Below, in pieces: positions 9,066 through 19,775 of a DNA stretch of 64,000 nt. The translations under genes were made by a program, and so were the position numbers. A model generated the notes under the pieces. It saw only the letters and a program-made list of their open reading frames with translations, was not told the DNA's origin and searched no databases. The DNA is from an uncultured Lentisphaerales bacterium (GTDB lineage: Bacteria; Verrucomicrobiota; Lentisphaeria; JABSQK01; UBA12247), in contig CALSSJ010000011.1 in NCBI GenBank assembly GCA_943788985.1, positions 96,001-160,000 of the forward strand, in the 5' to 3' direction. Positions within the stretch are counted from its first letter, which is position 1. Each line of letters starts with the position of its first letter.

Positions 9066-11441
9066 TCAGCCTGGCATCAGCCGGAACGTGGGTGGCGCAT
9101 CGCCGGTAAGCCAGTAGTAGATGGCACCAATCAGCACGGTGATGATGCCAGCCAAGGCTTCGCCGGCAACAAGGCCTAGTGCGAGGGGTTTGAGCTTCTG
9201 ATAGATCGTCGCTCCGCCGTAGTGTGTCACCGCAGCTTTCAGCAGACAGCCGATGAGAAAGCTGGTCGCTAGCATTCGCGATTGAAAGGTGTCCAACATC
9301 AGGAAAATAAGCGGATGGATTGGCCAACGAGCAAAGCGGTGGCGGAGGAAGGAGAAGAGCAACACAAGCAAGAAGGTGGCTGCAAAGGCTGCGACGTAGG
9401 GCTTTAGTGGCGATGCCATGCTTAAGCGCGAGAGGCCTGAGGCATTCTGCGAATCGGCAAGAACGCCTTGTGCGTCCATGGTGTTGCTGATTTGGCTGTT
9501 AACCCGATAGGGAAATTTTGGGACGCCATCTGTGGTCCAGCCGTCGCCAACCACAACCGCGCCGTGCTGGTATTGCCAACAGAGCACGATGGGAACAGTC
9601 ACCACGAAACACAGCACCAGCGCGACCATCCCCCAACGCAAGGTCTTGCTGGCCGGGGCGCCGACGCGCTCAGTCAGGCAGGTGGCCGTGGCCGCAAAAG
9701 GCATCATTGCTTCTCGTGGATCGATCAGGAGCAAGCCGGAGATCATTGAAAGGACCAGCAATTGGTCTACGCCAACCGCCTTGGCGCCGATAAATCCCCA
9801 GATCATAGCACATGGGTAGAAGTGGGGATGGATAAAGAAGGCCCCAGCCTCGGCCACGAGCCGCGACACCACGGTGAAAATCATGATCACAATCAGGGAA
9901 TATGCGAGCGCCCATTGCCATTCCACGCCCACGAAGGAAAGCTGGACAACGAACAGCACAAAGGCGCCCATCGCGACGCGCGCCCACCATACGGACGACG
10001 CTTCGATCTGGTCCGGTGCCCGCAGGCCAAAGGTACGCCGCAGCACCGAGAAGTAGTACCGTCTCCCCGCGTAGAGTAGGACCAGAAACATGGCGGAAAA
10101 AGAGCCGGAATAGAAGCCTGAGCGTATCGTCGCGTCGAGATGGCCGCTCGTCATGGCCACCCCATAGCCTGCGAGGAGGCCGGTTGCCAGCGCCCCTAGC
10201 CATGGTGCCAGGCCCAGCGCTAGACCCACGTCGGTGGCTAGGAAGAAGGCGAAGCCAACGGCGGTAAAGTAGATCTGCGGGTCTGCATAGCCCCAGACGC
10301 CGCCCGTAGCCAAGGCTGGAAACAGATTGGCCACCGGGATAAAGTCGAACTTTAGGTGCATGGGAATGACTACTTCTGGCCACCAGCTGTGGGCATAGTT
10401 GTTCATGTGAATGGCGAACACCGATAACGTTCCCAGCCAGAATCGCCGATCGTGGAAGATGGCTGGCACGCTCTTGCCCTCTGCCGGAAGCAACATGCGC
10501 GCAAACTCGACCGTCGGATATGGCAGGCATTCGAAGTCAGCCCATCTGCGGTGCAGGACGAATGCCAGCCCGGCAACAAGGATGGATAAGGTCAATATCA
10601 GCGGAACCCAGAACAGCAGGCTGCGGCGCCAGGCGCCCCACGGTAGGTCTCGCACAGAGACGCTATCTTTGCCGGTGCCAAGGCCATTGGCGAAGCCGTC
10701 CAGTGCATCGGGGTAAGCGGCAACGTCGGCAAGCATCCGGTCCGGTGCCCGATCCACGGCTCCCAGCCGAAGCGGATGCAGGGCTGTGGGCATCTGTGCG
10801 TCCAGAATGACACGATTCACCTGCTGGCGCTCCCGATCGCTCAACGACTCCACCGGTCGCGCGCGCAGCTCCACGACGTGACGCGGCAGGCGCAGGTCCT
10901 CCGGTGGGTCCAGTCGTGGCCCGTCTATCACGGCATTGATCGCAGCCAGTGTTGCTGTTCCGGTCGCTGATGATGCGAGCATCTCGGGATCCGCAGCCGT
11001 TAGCTGTTGGCGCAGCCCAGAGTTAATCTCAATCGGGGAATTTTCTCCGGACAGGTTCTCGGCGACCCTGGCCCAGTCGCGAATATCGGCGAGGGTGGTG
11101 CGGGCATCAGGCGTACCCCAGCCCGCTTCGACACGGTCAAAGCGATGCGGGAGCATCTGATAGTTGGTGAAAAAGTGCATCAGCCCACGGCCTGGCAGGC
11201 AACACACGCACAGGACAATCGCCACGGCCACCGCCAGTTCCTTTCCTGCCAGCGGCCGAAACCGCAGGGCCTTCAGCGCCGGGTTTACGATCAGGACAAA
11301 TAGTAGTAGCGAGCCGAACACGGCGATCGGGATGTAGTTCCCGATGAGGTACGTCCCTTTCATGACCATGTCATTCATGAACGTAATCGGTCCCAATGCC
11401 ATGGCACATACTAGGCCGAGAATAATACTGCGTTTGGTCAT
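9066..11441 (-). CDS. Polytopic membrane protein (DUF6785/DUF6784-like, putative transporter)
   Basis: 791 aa, many TM helices, RRW...E.LPYP and WPIHP...K...YGG...Y....P...GL..GE motifs. Confidence 0.75.
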   Translation of the reverse strand: MTKRSIILGLVCAMALGPITFMNDMVMKGTYLIGNYIPIAVFGSLLLFVLIVNPALKALRFRPLAGKELAVAVAIVLCVCCLPGRGLMHFFTNYQMLPHRFDRVEAGWGTPDARTTLADIRDWARVAENLSGENSPIEINSGLRQQLTAADPEMLASSATGTATLAAINAVIDGPRLDPPEDLRLPRHVVELRARPVESLSDRERQQVNRVILDAQMPTALHPLRLGAVDRAPDRMLADVAAYPDALDGFANGLGTGKDSVSVRDLPWGAWRRSLLFWVPLILTLSILVAGLAFVLHRRWADFECLPYPTVEFARMLLPAEGKSVPAIFHDRRFWLGTLSVFAIHMNNYAHSWWPEVVIPMHLKFDFIPVANLFPALATGGVWGYADPQIYFTAVGFAFFLATDVGLALGLAPWLGALATGLLAGYGVAMTSGHLDATIRSGFYSGSFSAMFLVLLYAGRRYYFSVLRRTFGLRAPDQIEASSVWWARVAMGAFVLFVVQLSFVGVEWQWALAYSLIVIMIFTVVSRLVAEAGAFFIHPHFYPCAMIWGFIGAKAVGVDQLLVLSMISGLLLIDPREAMMPFAATATCLTERVGAPASKTLRWGMVALVLCFVVTVPIVLCWQYQHGAVVVGDGWTTDGVPKFPYRVNSQISNTMDAQGVLADSQNASGLSRLSMASPLKPYVAAFAATFLLVLLFSFLRHRFARWPIHPLIFLMLDTFQSRMLATSFLIGCLLKAAVTHYGGATIYQKLKPLALGLVAGEALAGIITVLIGAIYYWLTGDAPPTFRLMPG

Positions 11442-11961
11442 CGGAGATCTGTTTTAGTGGTAACTGATAAGGCCGGTTAATTTAGCGCATTCTCTTCCCT
11501 ACGCTATTCGGAGATTTTACCAGGATGGTAGGGCTTACATTTGGGCGGCGTCTCGAGCTATTGGAATCTCACCCATTGGGCTTGGCTCGATCAGTTAGTA
11601 GTACGTGGACAAGCTCCCGTCGTGGAAAAGACGACGAATTTTCAGTCAATTTTTGGTCTGGCTTCGCATAGCTGTAACCATGGCTACCGGGTGCGGAACC
11701 TGGGGCCGCACGGGGTCCAAAAGGCGTATTCGTAGCCGGCGCGAGTTCATCTACGGGCTGTTAGGCTGGTAGACGTTATTAAAGCACCGGTGCCAACAGG
11801 GAATTAGGAAATAGACCCAAAGTGAGCCTTACCGGGTTGGTTCACGAGTTCTCGGCAAGCAAGACCTTGAATACGACTGCCTTCAGCGTACGTTCGAGGC
11901 GCATCGCAAAAAGACGATTGCTGGCTCCCTTTGCCTCAACGAATCAGGACAGAATGATCTC

Positions 11962-14154
11962 ATGGAAATCAACGTTAATTTTTTGGAGAACCTCAGGCTT
12001 GAAGCCAAGTTTGATGATTTCACTGTTGTCACGGATCAACCGATTCGCTACAAGGGTGATGGCTCTGCCCCAGGTCCCTTTGACTACTTCTTGGCATCAT
12101 CCGTCCTCTGTGCGGCATATTTCGTAAGGGTCTATTGCTTGGCTCGGGATATTCCGACAGAGGATATCAGGCTGTCTCAGAATAATATCATCGACCCGGA
12201 AAACAGATACAAACAGACATTCTTAATTCAGGTAGAGCTGCCAGATGACCTTTCGGACAAACACCGCGAAGGCATTCTTCGGTCTATCGATCGCTGCACC
12301 GTAAAAAAGGTCGTGCAGCAAACCCCTGAATTTAAGATCGAGACCGTATCGAGCCTGGGGAAAGACATTGGCTTGGCTTACGAAAGCGACTCTGGCCCTG
12401 ATGCGAGCACGGTGGTGCTCGGGAAAGATCTTCCTCTCGAAGACACAATCGCCAACATGACAGAGCTGCTGGCCGCTATCGGCATCAAGATCGAGATTTC
12501 CTCTTGGCGAAACATCGTGCCGAATGTCTGGTCGGTTCATATTCGGGATGCCGCTTCGCCGATGTGCTTTACCAATGGCAAAGGATCCACTCGGGATAGC
12601 GCCATTTGTTCGGCGCTGGGCGAGTACCTCGAGCGAACCAGCTGCAACTACTTCTACAACGATCATTACTTGGGCGAAGACCTAGCGACCCGTAGCTTTG
12701 TGCATTACCCCAATGAGAAGTGGTTCAAGGCCGGGCCCGATGACAGCCTGCCAGCTGGCCTATTGGATGAGACCTGTCTGGCACTCTATGATCCTGACAA
12801 CGAGCTTAAGGCCTCCAATCTGATCGATACCAATTCGGGACAGGTCGAGCGGGGGATATGCGCGCTGCCCTTCGAACGGCACTCAGACCAGGAAACGGTA
12901 TACTTCCCGACGAATCTGATCGGCAATCTCTTTGTCAGCAATGGGATGAGTGCGGGGAATACTCTTGATGAAGCGAAGGTGCAATGCCTCTCGGAGATCA
13001 TTGAACGAGCCGTGAAGAAGCAAATCATCGAAGGCGAGCTGAGTCTGCCCGACGTGCCCGCAGACGTGATCGAGCGGTATCCCACGATTGTCGCAGGAAT
13101 CGACGAGCTGGAGGCCAAGGGATTTCCGATCTTGGTCAAGGATGCTTCTCTGGGGGGGCAGTTTCCGGTGATGTGCGTGACCTTGATGAATCCCAAGACT
13201 GGCGGCGTGTTCGCCTCCTTTGGGGCGCATCCCAAGTTTGAGGTAGCGCTAGAGCGGAGCCTGACAGAGTTGCTGCAGGGGCGCAGTTTTGAGGGGTTAA
13301 ACGACATGCGGCCTCCCACCTTCAACAGCCTGGCTGTGACTGAGCCAAATAATTCCGTTGAGCACTTCATTGACTCCACGGGTCTCGTCTCGTGGAAGTT
13401 CTTCAGCGCCAAGAATGACTATGATTTCTGCGAGTGGGACTTTCCAGGCAGTACCGAAGAAGAAAGCACCTACCTCATAGGCCTTATCACTGGCTTGGGC
13501 AGGGAAGTGTATGTCTCGATCCACGAGGACCTAGGCGCCAAGGCTTGCCGGATCCTAGTTCCCGGCTATTCGGAGATCTATCCGATCGAAGACCTCATCT
13601 GGGACAATACCAACCGAGCCCTCGAGTTCCGAGAGGATATTCTCAACCTGCACGTGCTGAGTGATCAAGCGCTAACCGATCTAGTCGAAGCGCTGGAAGA
13701 AAGCCAGCTTGATAACTACACGCTCATCTCGACGCTCATCGGCATTGAATTCGATGAGAACACCGTCTGGGGTAAACTCGACGTTGGAGAATTGAAGCTT
13801 CTTAGCTATTTAGCGCTGAAGCAATTTGAAAACGCGAACGAGCTGGTCTTCGATTTCGTCAACTTCAACGATAATACAGTCGCACGGAGATTGTTTTATC
13901 AAGCCCTTAATGCCGCGCTTGACATCACCATCGACAAGGAATTAGAGATTGCGGATTACCTGGCCACAATGACGAGAATGTTCGGTGCCGAGACCATGGA
14001 CAGCGTCGTCGGCTCGATCTCCGGTGAGGTCAGATTCTACGGCTTGACCAAGACAAGCGTGAAGCTTGAGGGCCTTGACAAGCACCTGAGACTGATCGAG
14101 AGCTACAAGAAGCTCCACAAGGCCAGAGAAGAGAGAGCCGGCCAGGCTTGCTAG
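11962..14154 (+). CDS. OsmC domain-YcaO domain fusion protein
   Basis: N-terminal DQP...GDGSAPGPFDYFLAS..LC...RCTV (OsmC); TNGKG...SALGEYLER, SNGMSAGN, SEIIER, LERSLTELLQGR (YcaO ATP-binding motifs). Confidence 0.92.
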   Translation: MEINVNFLENLRLEAKFDDFTVVTDQPIRYKGDGSAPGPFDYFLASSVLCAAYFVRVYCLARDIPTEDIRLSQNNIIDPENRYKQTFLIQVELPDDLSDKHREGILRSIDRCTVKKVVQQTPEFKIETVSSLGKDIGLAYESDSGPDASTVVLGKDLPLEDTIANMTELLAAIGIKIEISSWRNIVPNVWSVHIRDAASPMCFTNGKGSTRDSAICSALGEYLERTSCNYFYNDHYLGEDLATRSFVHYPNEKWFKAGPDDSLPAGLLDETCLALYDPDNELKASNLIDTNSGQVERGICALPFERHSDQETVYFPTNLIGNLFVSNGMSAGNTLDEAKVQCLSEIIERAVKKQIIEGELSLPDVPADVIERYPTIVAGIDELEAKGFPILVKDASLGGQFPVMCVTLMNPKTGGVFASFGAHPKFEVALERSLTELLQGRSFEGLNDMRPPTFNSLAVTEPNNSVEHFIDSTGLVSWKFFSAKNDYDFCEWDFPGSTEEESTYLIGLITGLGREVYVSIHEDLGAKACRILVPGYSEIYPIEDLIWDNTNRALEFREDILNLHVLSDQALTDLVEALEESQLDNYTLISTLIGIEFDENTVWGKLDVGELKLLSYLALKQFENANELVFDFVNFNDNTVARRLFYQALNAALDITIDKELEIADYLATMTRMFGAETMDSVVGSISGEVRFYGLTKTSVKLEGLDKHLRLIESYKKLHKAREERAGQAC

Positions 14155-14305
14155 CGGCGGGGGGCGCGCTGAAGGTCAGCCAATTGGCATGGCGGCGTCT
14201 AGTGGTTCAGTAGCAAAACGAGATGTGCGAAGTACGCAGCCATGAACATGAAGATCGGCCCACCGAGGAGGTCCGGCACTTGGACAGTGCCGCAAACAGC
14301 GATAC

Positions 14306-14924
14306 TCAACGCATAACCGACGAGTGCGATCGCCGCAAAGACACGCAGGCAGCGACGGAACAAAGGCAGATCGAAGACAAGTAGGGATTCTTGGTGGCCA
14401 GGCCTTGCCGCCTCTTGCGGCGAATGTAGAGCAGGGCTGAGCTAGCCATGAGCAAGTAGGTAATGAGTATACCCCACTCTGATAGGGTCGGGACCGTGGG
14501 CAGTGTCGTGACGGCGCCAAAGGTAAGGGCGTAGGAATTACTGAGGCTGGTGATTCCGACTGTCGTGGCGTCCCCAGTTGTGGTATTGATGGTGTCGAGA
14601 GCCATCGTCTGGAAACCGTAAAGCGTATTGGTATTGGCATCAAAGCCGAGGCCGACAATTCTGCTGATGCCGTTAGGCCCTACCAAGGTTTCGGCGCCGC
14701 TCGTGGTATCGACTGTGTACAACTCAGTAAACCCGCCATTGAAAGCGCACATGTAGAGGGTGTTGCTGTTGATGTCATAGGCGTAGCTGTTCGGATTGGT
14801 GGTACCGTTAGGGCCGATTCGTCTCGACGGCGCTGCTATCGCTGACGATTAGGGTATTCGCAGCAAGCGTTTGGAAGCTGGCCGCCAAGAAGAGGATGGC
14901 GATGGGCAGATTAAGTCGATTCAT
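14306..14924 (-). CDS. Secreted repeat protein with IPTL-CTERM sorting signal, frameshifted near 14820
   Basis: Signal peptide MNRLNLPIAILFLAASFQTLA; two GPNG...D.N.NTLY repeats; VPTLSEWG + TM + RRKRR. Confidence 0.65.
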
Positions 14925-15266
14925 TTGAGTACCTCTAGGGATTGTGCAACTCGACAGCAAAAGTTTGCGCTTGCGAAAATATTGAAGCAGGATAAAAAGG
15001 GTAATGTGGGAAAGCGCCTTAAAAAGCACTCTCTTTGCGGGAGGCAATTCACAGTTGGGCGAGCAAGGGGTCAGTTTCAGTGGCCTGCCAGGCGGGGGCA
15101 AGCTAAAAACACAACCGGAGGCAAAGCTCAACATGCCGACGTGCCTTGACCGATGCCGAAATCACATTGCGCAACTGGAGTCAGACGACGAACCCCTAAG
15201 CTGGCCCGAGTCTCAGGCCTACCGGAAAGCGGGACCGAAAAATAGAAAGCTGGCCCGCTAAACACG

Positions 15267-15490
15267 GTAGAGTAGCACTGGGGCTTTAAACCCGGGCCCC
15301 TCGTCGAAGCTTAGACAGAGATTGCCACTATACGGCTCTCCCGCTATTCTCGTCGGAAGGCATGCACCAGGAAATCCAACACTTCTGTGGTTAGAGAAGT
15401 TCATAAACCATCCTACGCAATCTCTTGTAGAGGATTTCACCATCTCGTAGAGGTCGGCAGCGTCGTTGGCTTTGGTGCCTTGATGAAGGA
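15267..15490 (-). mobile_element. Group II intron 3' remnant (RT C-terminal relic, degenerate domain V, domain VI, 3' end)
   Basis: Minus strand gagccgtatagtggcaatctctgtctaagcttcgacgagggg, then hairpin gggtttaaagcccc and ctactctac; upstream relic RHQSQRRCRP..GEILYKRLRRM. Confidence 0.65.
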
Positions 15491-15639
15491 GTGCGCCCTG
15501 CGGCTTGGGTCCGGTGGATTTTCATCAGTGGAATTTTGCTGTCTCTGAGGGCGCGGCGGGCGCGGCTAGTAGGGTGAGGTTGTACAGCAGGGGCAAGGCC
15601 GAAAAGAGATATCAGGCACCTTTGGAGCGCAGCGGCCTC

Positions 15640-15856
15640 TTCTTCTCTTAGAACCATTGCCGAGCGCGGTGTCCGGCCCAAGCTGAACGAATACGGAAGG
15701 ACCGGCCACCGCCGCAGCCAGACCCGAAGGGAACGGCTGCGCCGGGACGACGCGTGAGTGGCAGCCGAGCAACACGAGACGGCCCGCTATTGCGGGAGTG
15801 ACTGCAAGGAATGGCGACTACTCATATCTTGCGGAGGTGTTGCCTTGAACTACATA
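15640..15856 (+). mobile_element. Possible IS110-family downstream noncoding end, no transposase present
   Basis: Structured noncoding stretch; motif string gaatacggaag...cgcgtgagtg..gccgag..acacg...gactgcaagga...ttgaactacata recognised from memory only. Confidence 0.35.
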
Positions 15857-16184
15857 ATCAAGCCCTGACCCCGCCCGACGGGCTCACCTTGCAGATTCAT
15901 TCGTTTCAGAGAAAACGCCGGCATCTCCCACTGCACGGAGTGCATTCGGAGCATGTCATCGTTACACTTCCGGTTGAGCTGTTCGAGTACTTGATGACAC
16001 AGATAGCCGGGGGAGCTCCAGTTCCAGGCTTAGACTTAGACATCTCGAATTCAGCTGTCATGTCTTTCCCTTCATGGACTTCGACGCGCCAGCAGCGCCG
16101 AACTAATTGGCAGCACAAGGAGCCACCGACTAGATGAGCGTCGAACTGGCCCACGCACTTAGGAGTACACGTTCCATTCCCATT

Positions 16185-19140
16185 TTATTCTCCATCGATG
16201 CGTTGGATAAAGTCTACGAGGGCGGCCCGCTGTTCGTCGCTAAGGCCGAGTGGGGGCATAGCGGGGACAAGGCCCTTGGGATACTCGGAGAGCGGGTCCT
16301 TGATGGCGTTGTCGACGTAGGCACGATCGACGGTGACCTCGACTTCTTTGCCGTCGCGGATGACGATTTGAGTTTTGCCGAGGAGCCCTTTTAAGGAGGG
16401 GCCAGCGAGGAGGGTGCCGTCGGTGCTGTGGCAACTGGCGCACATCGCGGCGTAGATGTCTTTGGCATCGAGCATTCGGTCAACTTCGACGGTCGCGGCG
16501 TTCAGGTCGGCAGCGGATTTTTGATTGAGGTTCTTGATCATAGTATACCAAAGCTCGCCGGCCCAGAGAAGCGATTTGCTGTTGAGTTGGGGGTTGTAGG
16601 TGAGGTGCAGCACCCAGCCCATATTCTCGTTAGTGTAACCGTTGTTCTTCAGCAGTGGCCTGGAATCAGCGTCTCTGAGACCATCAATCTGCAAGTGCAC
16701 ACGCTTGCCGCCGTCGAGTGCCTTCAGGGACTTGACCAGCAGCGGTGTGCGCCCGACGGGGGAGCCTCCGTAGCTACTCGTGGGAATGTAGGTCCATTGC
16801 TCCAACTTGAAGAGTTGTCGCTTAAGTACGGCCTTGGGCAACGGCTTGAGGAACGCGATCTCGATGCCGCCGGGGATCATTCTGGCTGAGAGAAAGTCAT
16901 TGAAGTCGCTGGGAGCCTCGGACTTGGCCTGGAGGCGTTGCAGGCCGTGATTCTTATTGAACTGCCAGAGGCGCTCGGCGCCGATTTGGCCGATATAGAA
17001 GGTATTGTCGGGCCCCAACGACATCCGGTTGGGGCCGCCGGTGAGGCCGCCGGTACCGTCGGCTTTGGCTGCGCCGGCTGAGAAGCGAAAGAGCGCGCCC
17101 TGCCAGACTCCCTTGACCTGTTCCAGATTGGCTCGGTGAATGGAACCAGAAGTGAAATCGGGGACGAAGAGCTGACCGTTGAAGGATGCCGCCGCGCCCG
17201 TTTGATTGCGAATGAGCACGGGCTGACCGGGAGACCGGGCAATGTGCATCGATTGGGGCAGATAAAGCGTGACGGGCGAACGCTTTCCCGAAATGCCAGT
17301 ACCCGCATCGACGTCTGCTGGTTGGAAGGCCGCAGGCTTTCCTTCCGCCAATAGGTAATGCCCATAGAAGCCACCCTGTTCGAGACGAATCAACTTGTTG
17401 GCCGGGTTGAAGACGCCCTGATTGTCGGTGACGTAAACTTCGTTCTCGGGGCCGACCATGATGCCATTGGGGGTGCGGTAGCCGCCCGCGATATAATCGA
17501 GCCGGACGGAGTCAGCCGTTTTCCTTGCCAGTGATGGGGCCCAGAGTGAATGTCGAACCACGGCGCACGTTGGAATTGACCTGGGTATTGGCGATCCGGG
17601 CACCGCCCATCTTAATATGGGTGCTAAAATTGCCACAGAGATAGACGGCGCCATCTTTCTGGAGCTGCTCAAAGCCGATGGTCCAGACGTGAAAGTTATC
17701 GCTGGCGAGACCTTCGAGGAGCGGGGTGCGTTCGTGCTTGGCGTAGCTCCCGTCGCCGTCTTTGTCATCGAGACGGATGATGCGCGTCTTCTCGCCGACG
17801 TAGATTTTTTCCTTGACAACGGCTAAGGCAGCTGGCTCATAGAGAGCGTCTGCCAAGAGTTCTGTCCGGACTTCGGCCTTGGATTTGGCACCAATCAGGC
17901 CACTGATCTTGTAGAGTTTTCCGTCGCGGTCGGGTTGCTTGTCGGTGCGATTAGGACTGAAGCTCAAGGCGTAGAGATCATCGCCAACGAAACACATGGC
18001 GGAGATCTTTAGCTCAGGGTCACCGGCGGGATGCAGGTCTTCAATCTCGAAGAATGGATGAATCCCCCTTACGTGCAGACCGGTGCCCGGTTCGGAACCG
18101 GTTGGGGGCTGGTCCTTCGGCTTGCTGGGCGCTTTCCGCTTGGGCTTGCGCTGTTTCTTTACTTTGGGTTTGGGCTTGGCGGCTGCGGCTACTTTTGTTT
18201 CCCCGCTAAGTTTAAGGCGTCCAAACTTGGGTTTGCGCTTGTCCAGGTTCTCGTTGAGCACGTCCTCTGTGACCCTAGGGCTATCGACGCCACCCTTTGG
18301 AACTGGAATATTTGCGCACCAAACAATGGCGTTTAGGACCTGTTTGCGAAACGCATCATCGGCCCAATTCTTGTGAAAATGGGCGCCGGTGCAGCCAGCA
18401 CCACGGCCGCCGTCGGCGCGTTCCTTCGCCCAAAATACGGTCAGGTCTGAAGGCTTCTTATTCTTCGCCAACGCCTTGGTGAGCTTGCCGTTTCCTTTGG
18501 CTGCATCTGGTCGGCCGCGCATGATCGCGTGGACTCTGTCTTGATTCAGACTGCCGCCATGGTCCAGCGCACAGTCGTGCTCATACTCCATTTTTACGTA
18601 CCACTCGTCGCGCAGATTCAGTTGAGCCACGCCTGAGTTGATCGGGTGCTTCTCGAGAACCGCCTTCAGGTCCCAATGTGGGTTGGACGAGAGCCCCGTC
18701 TTGTAGACCCCGCCAGTCCATTTCTTAATGAAGGGTTCCGCGACCTCCTCGGGGTCAACCGCGTAGTGGAGCAACAACTGCCCCACACCTTTTTGGGCAA
18801 GTTCGTCAACCAATGCATGATTGTCATTCATGAAATGGGCTTGGTTGCCTTTGTAAAAGTGGACGATGCGGTCGGCATTCATGAAGACGCCAGTATCGTC
18901 CGGCCAGTTGTTGACGACCGTGCAGCTCAGCTTATCCTTGATTTGGCTGGTGGCGAGCGACTTTTTCAGAAGCATGGCGCCGGCATAGAACTCGTGTGTG
19001 CCAGACGCATGCCTGAGGTCATCTCCAACGAGAAAGACCACATGTCTTTTATCCGCCGCGGCGGCGGCCTTCAGTACGGCAGATAGACTGAACACAGCCA
19101 GACAAAGCCCAGCCAGATGGTGAAACTTCACTACATTCAT
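16185..19140 (-). CDS. Secreted ThuA-like + beta-propeller + cytochrome c (CxxCH) multidomain protein, split by a +1 frameshift at about 17520
   Basis: Signal peptide; GTHEFYAG/RDEWY/GAHFH (ThuA-like); GYRTPNG, TDNQG (propeller); CASCH, GPSLKG, MPP; removing one A joins GPITGKE-TADSV. Confidence 0.8.
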
Positions 19141-19228
19141 TCGTTCCTCGTGTTAGACGTCAAGGCTCTATTTCGATAAACATCTTGTACAGCGATAAGG
19201 CTGGACGAAATTCGCGGAACTTCAAGGC

Positions 19229-19775
19229 TTATTTCGCTGTCTTCGTTTTGGGCTTAAGCTTCTTGATGACTTTGGCGAGGGCTGCTTCGGTGCCGCTCAG
19301 GGATTTCCAGGTAGGCGCATCGGCGGTAGGCTGAAGCTCGACAATGGTGACGTTCTTGACCTAGACTGTGACGTGACCGTCTTTGTGAATCTGCGGCGCA
19401 CCGATCATCAGCGGGTTCTCTGCAAAGCGGGAGTCTAGGCGAGCATCTTCTATTTCAAAGATACCGTCCTGTTTAATCGCGCGTATGCGAAAAGCCTACT
19501 CTATCGGTCTCTCGCTGGTTTGTATCCCGTGCCGCGACTTTAACCATTGCCGTTTCTTATCGAGCAGCGAGATCAACGATATGGGAGTGCCGCAGATGAA
19601 ACTGGCCAAGCAGGCTAAATCGTCGTACGTCTGCGGTGGCGTATCCACGATCACGAAGTCGCGTCAGCCATCATGGAGCGCGAGCCCCCGCAGAGAAATC
19701 CGTGGCGGCGGTGAGGCTAGGCTATTGATGCGCTGGCAAAATAGGTTGCATTCGATTGCGATGTTTTTTGAGCAT
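19229..19775 (-). pseudogene. Chimeric relic: GAF domain fused in frame to a DUF1080-like C-terminus
   Basis: DTPP..YDDLACLASFICGTPISLISLLD..RQWLKS...DARLDSRFAENPL then QIHKDGHVTV*VKNVTIVEL; two in-frame TAG stops. Confidence 0.6.

Noticed and set aside
11670..11766. Possible integron attC site ending in gttaggc
   Set aside because: No matching inverse core (gcctaac), weak pairing, no cassette array or integrase
19229..19520. In-frame TAG codons (also at 8698) as amber recoding
   Set aside because: TAG is a true stop for tag, mazG, rpmC, rpsN and rpsH in this window, and the affected ORFs are otherwise decayed
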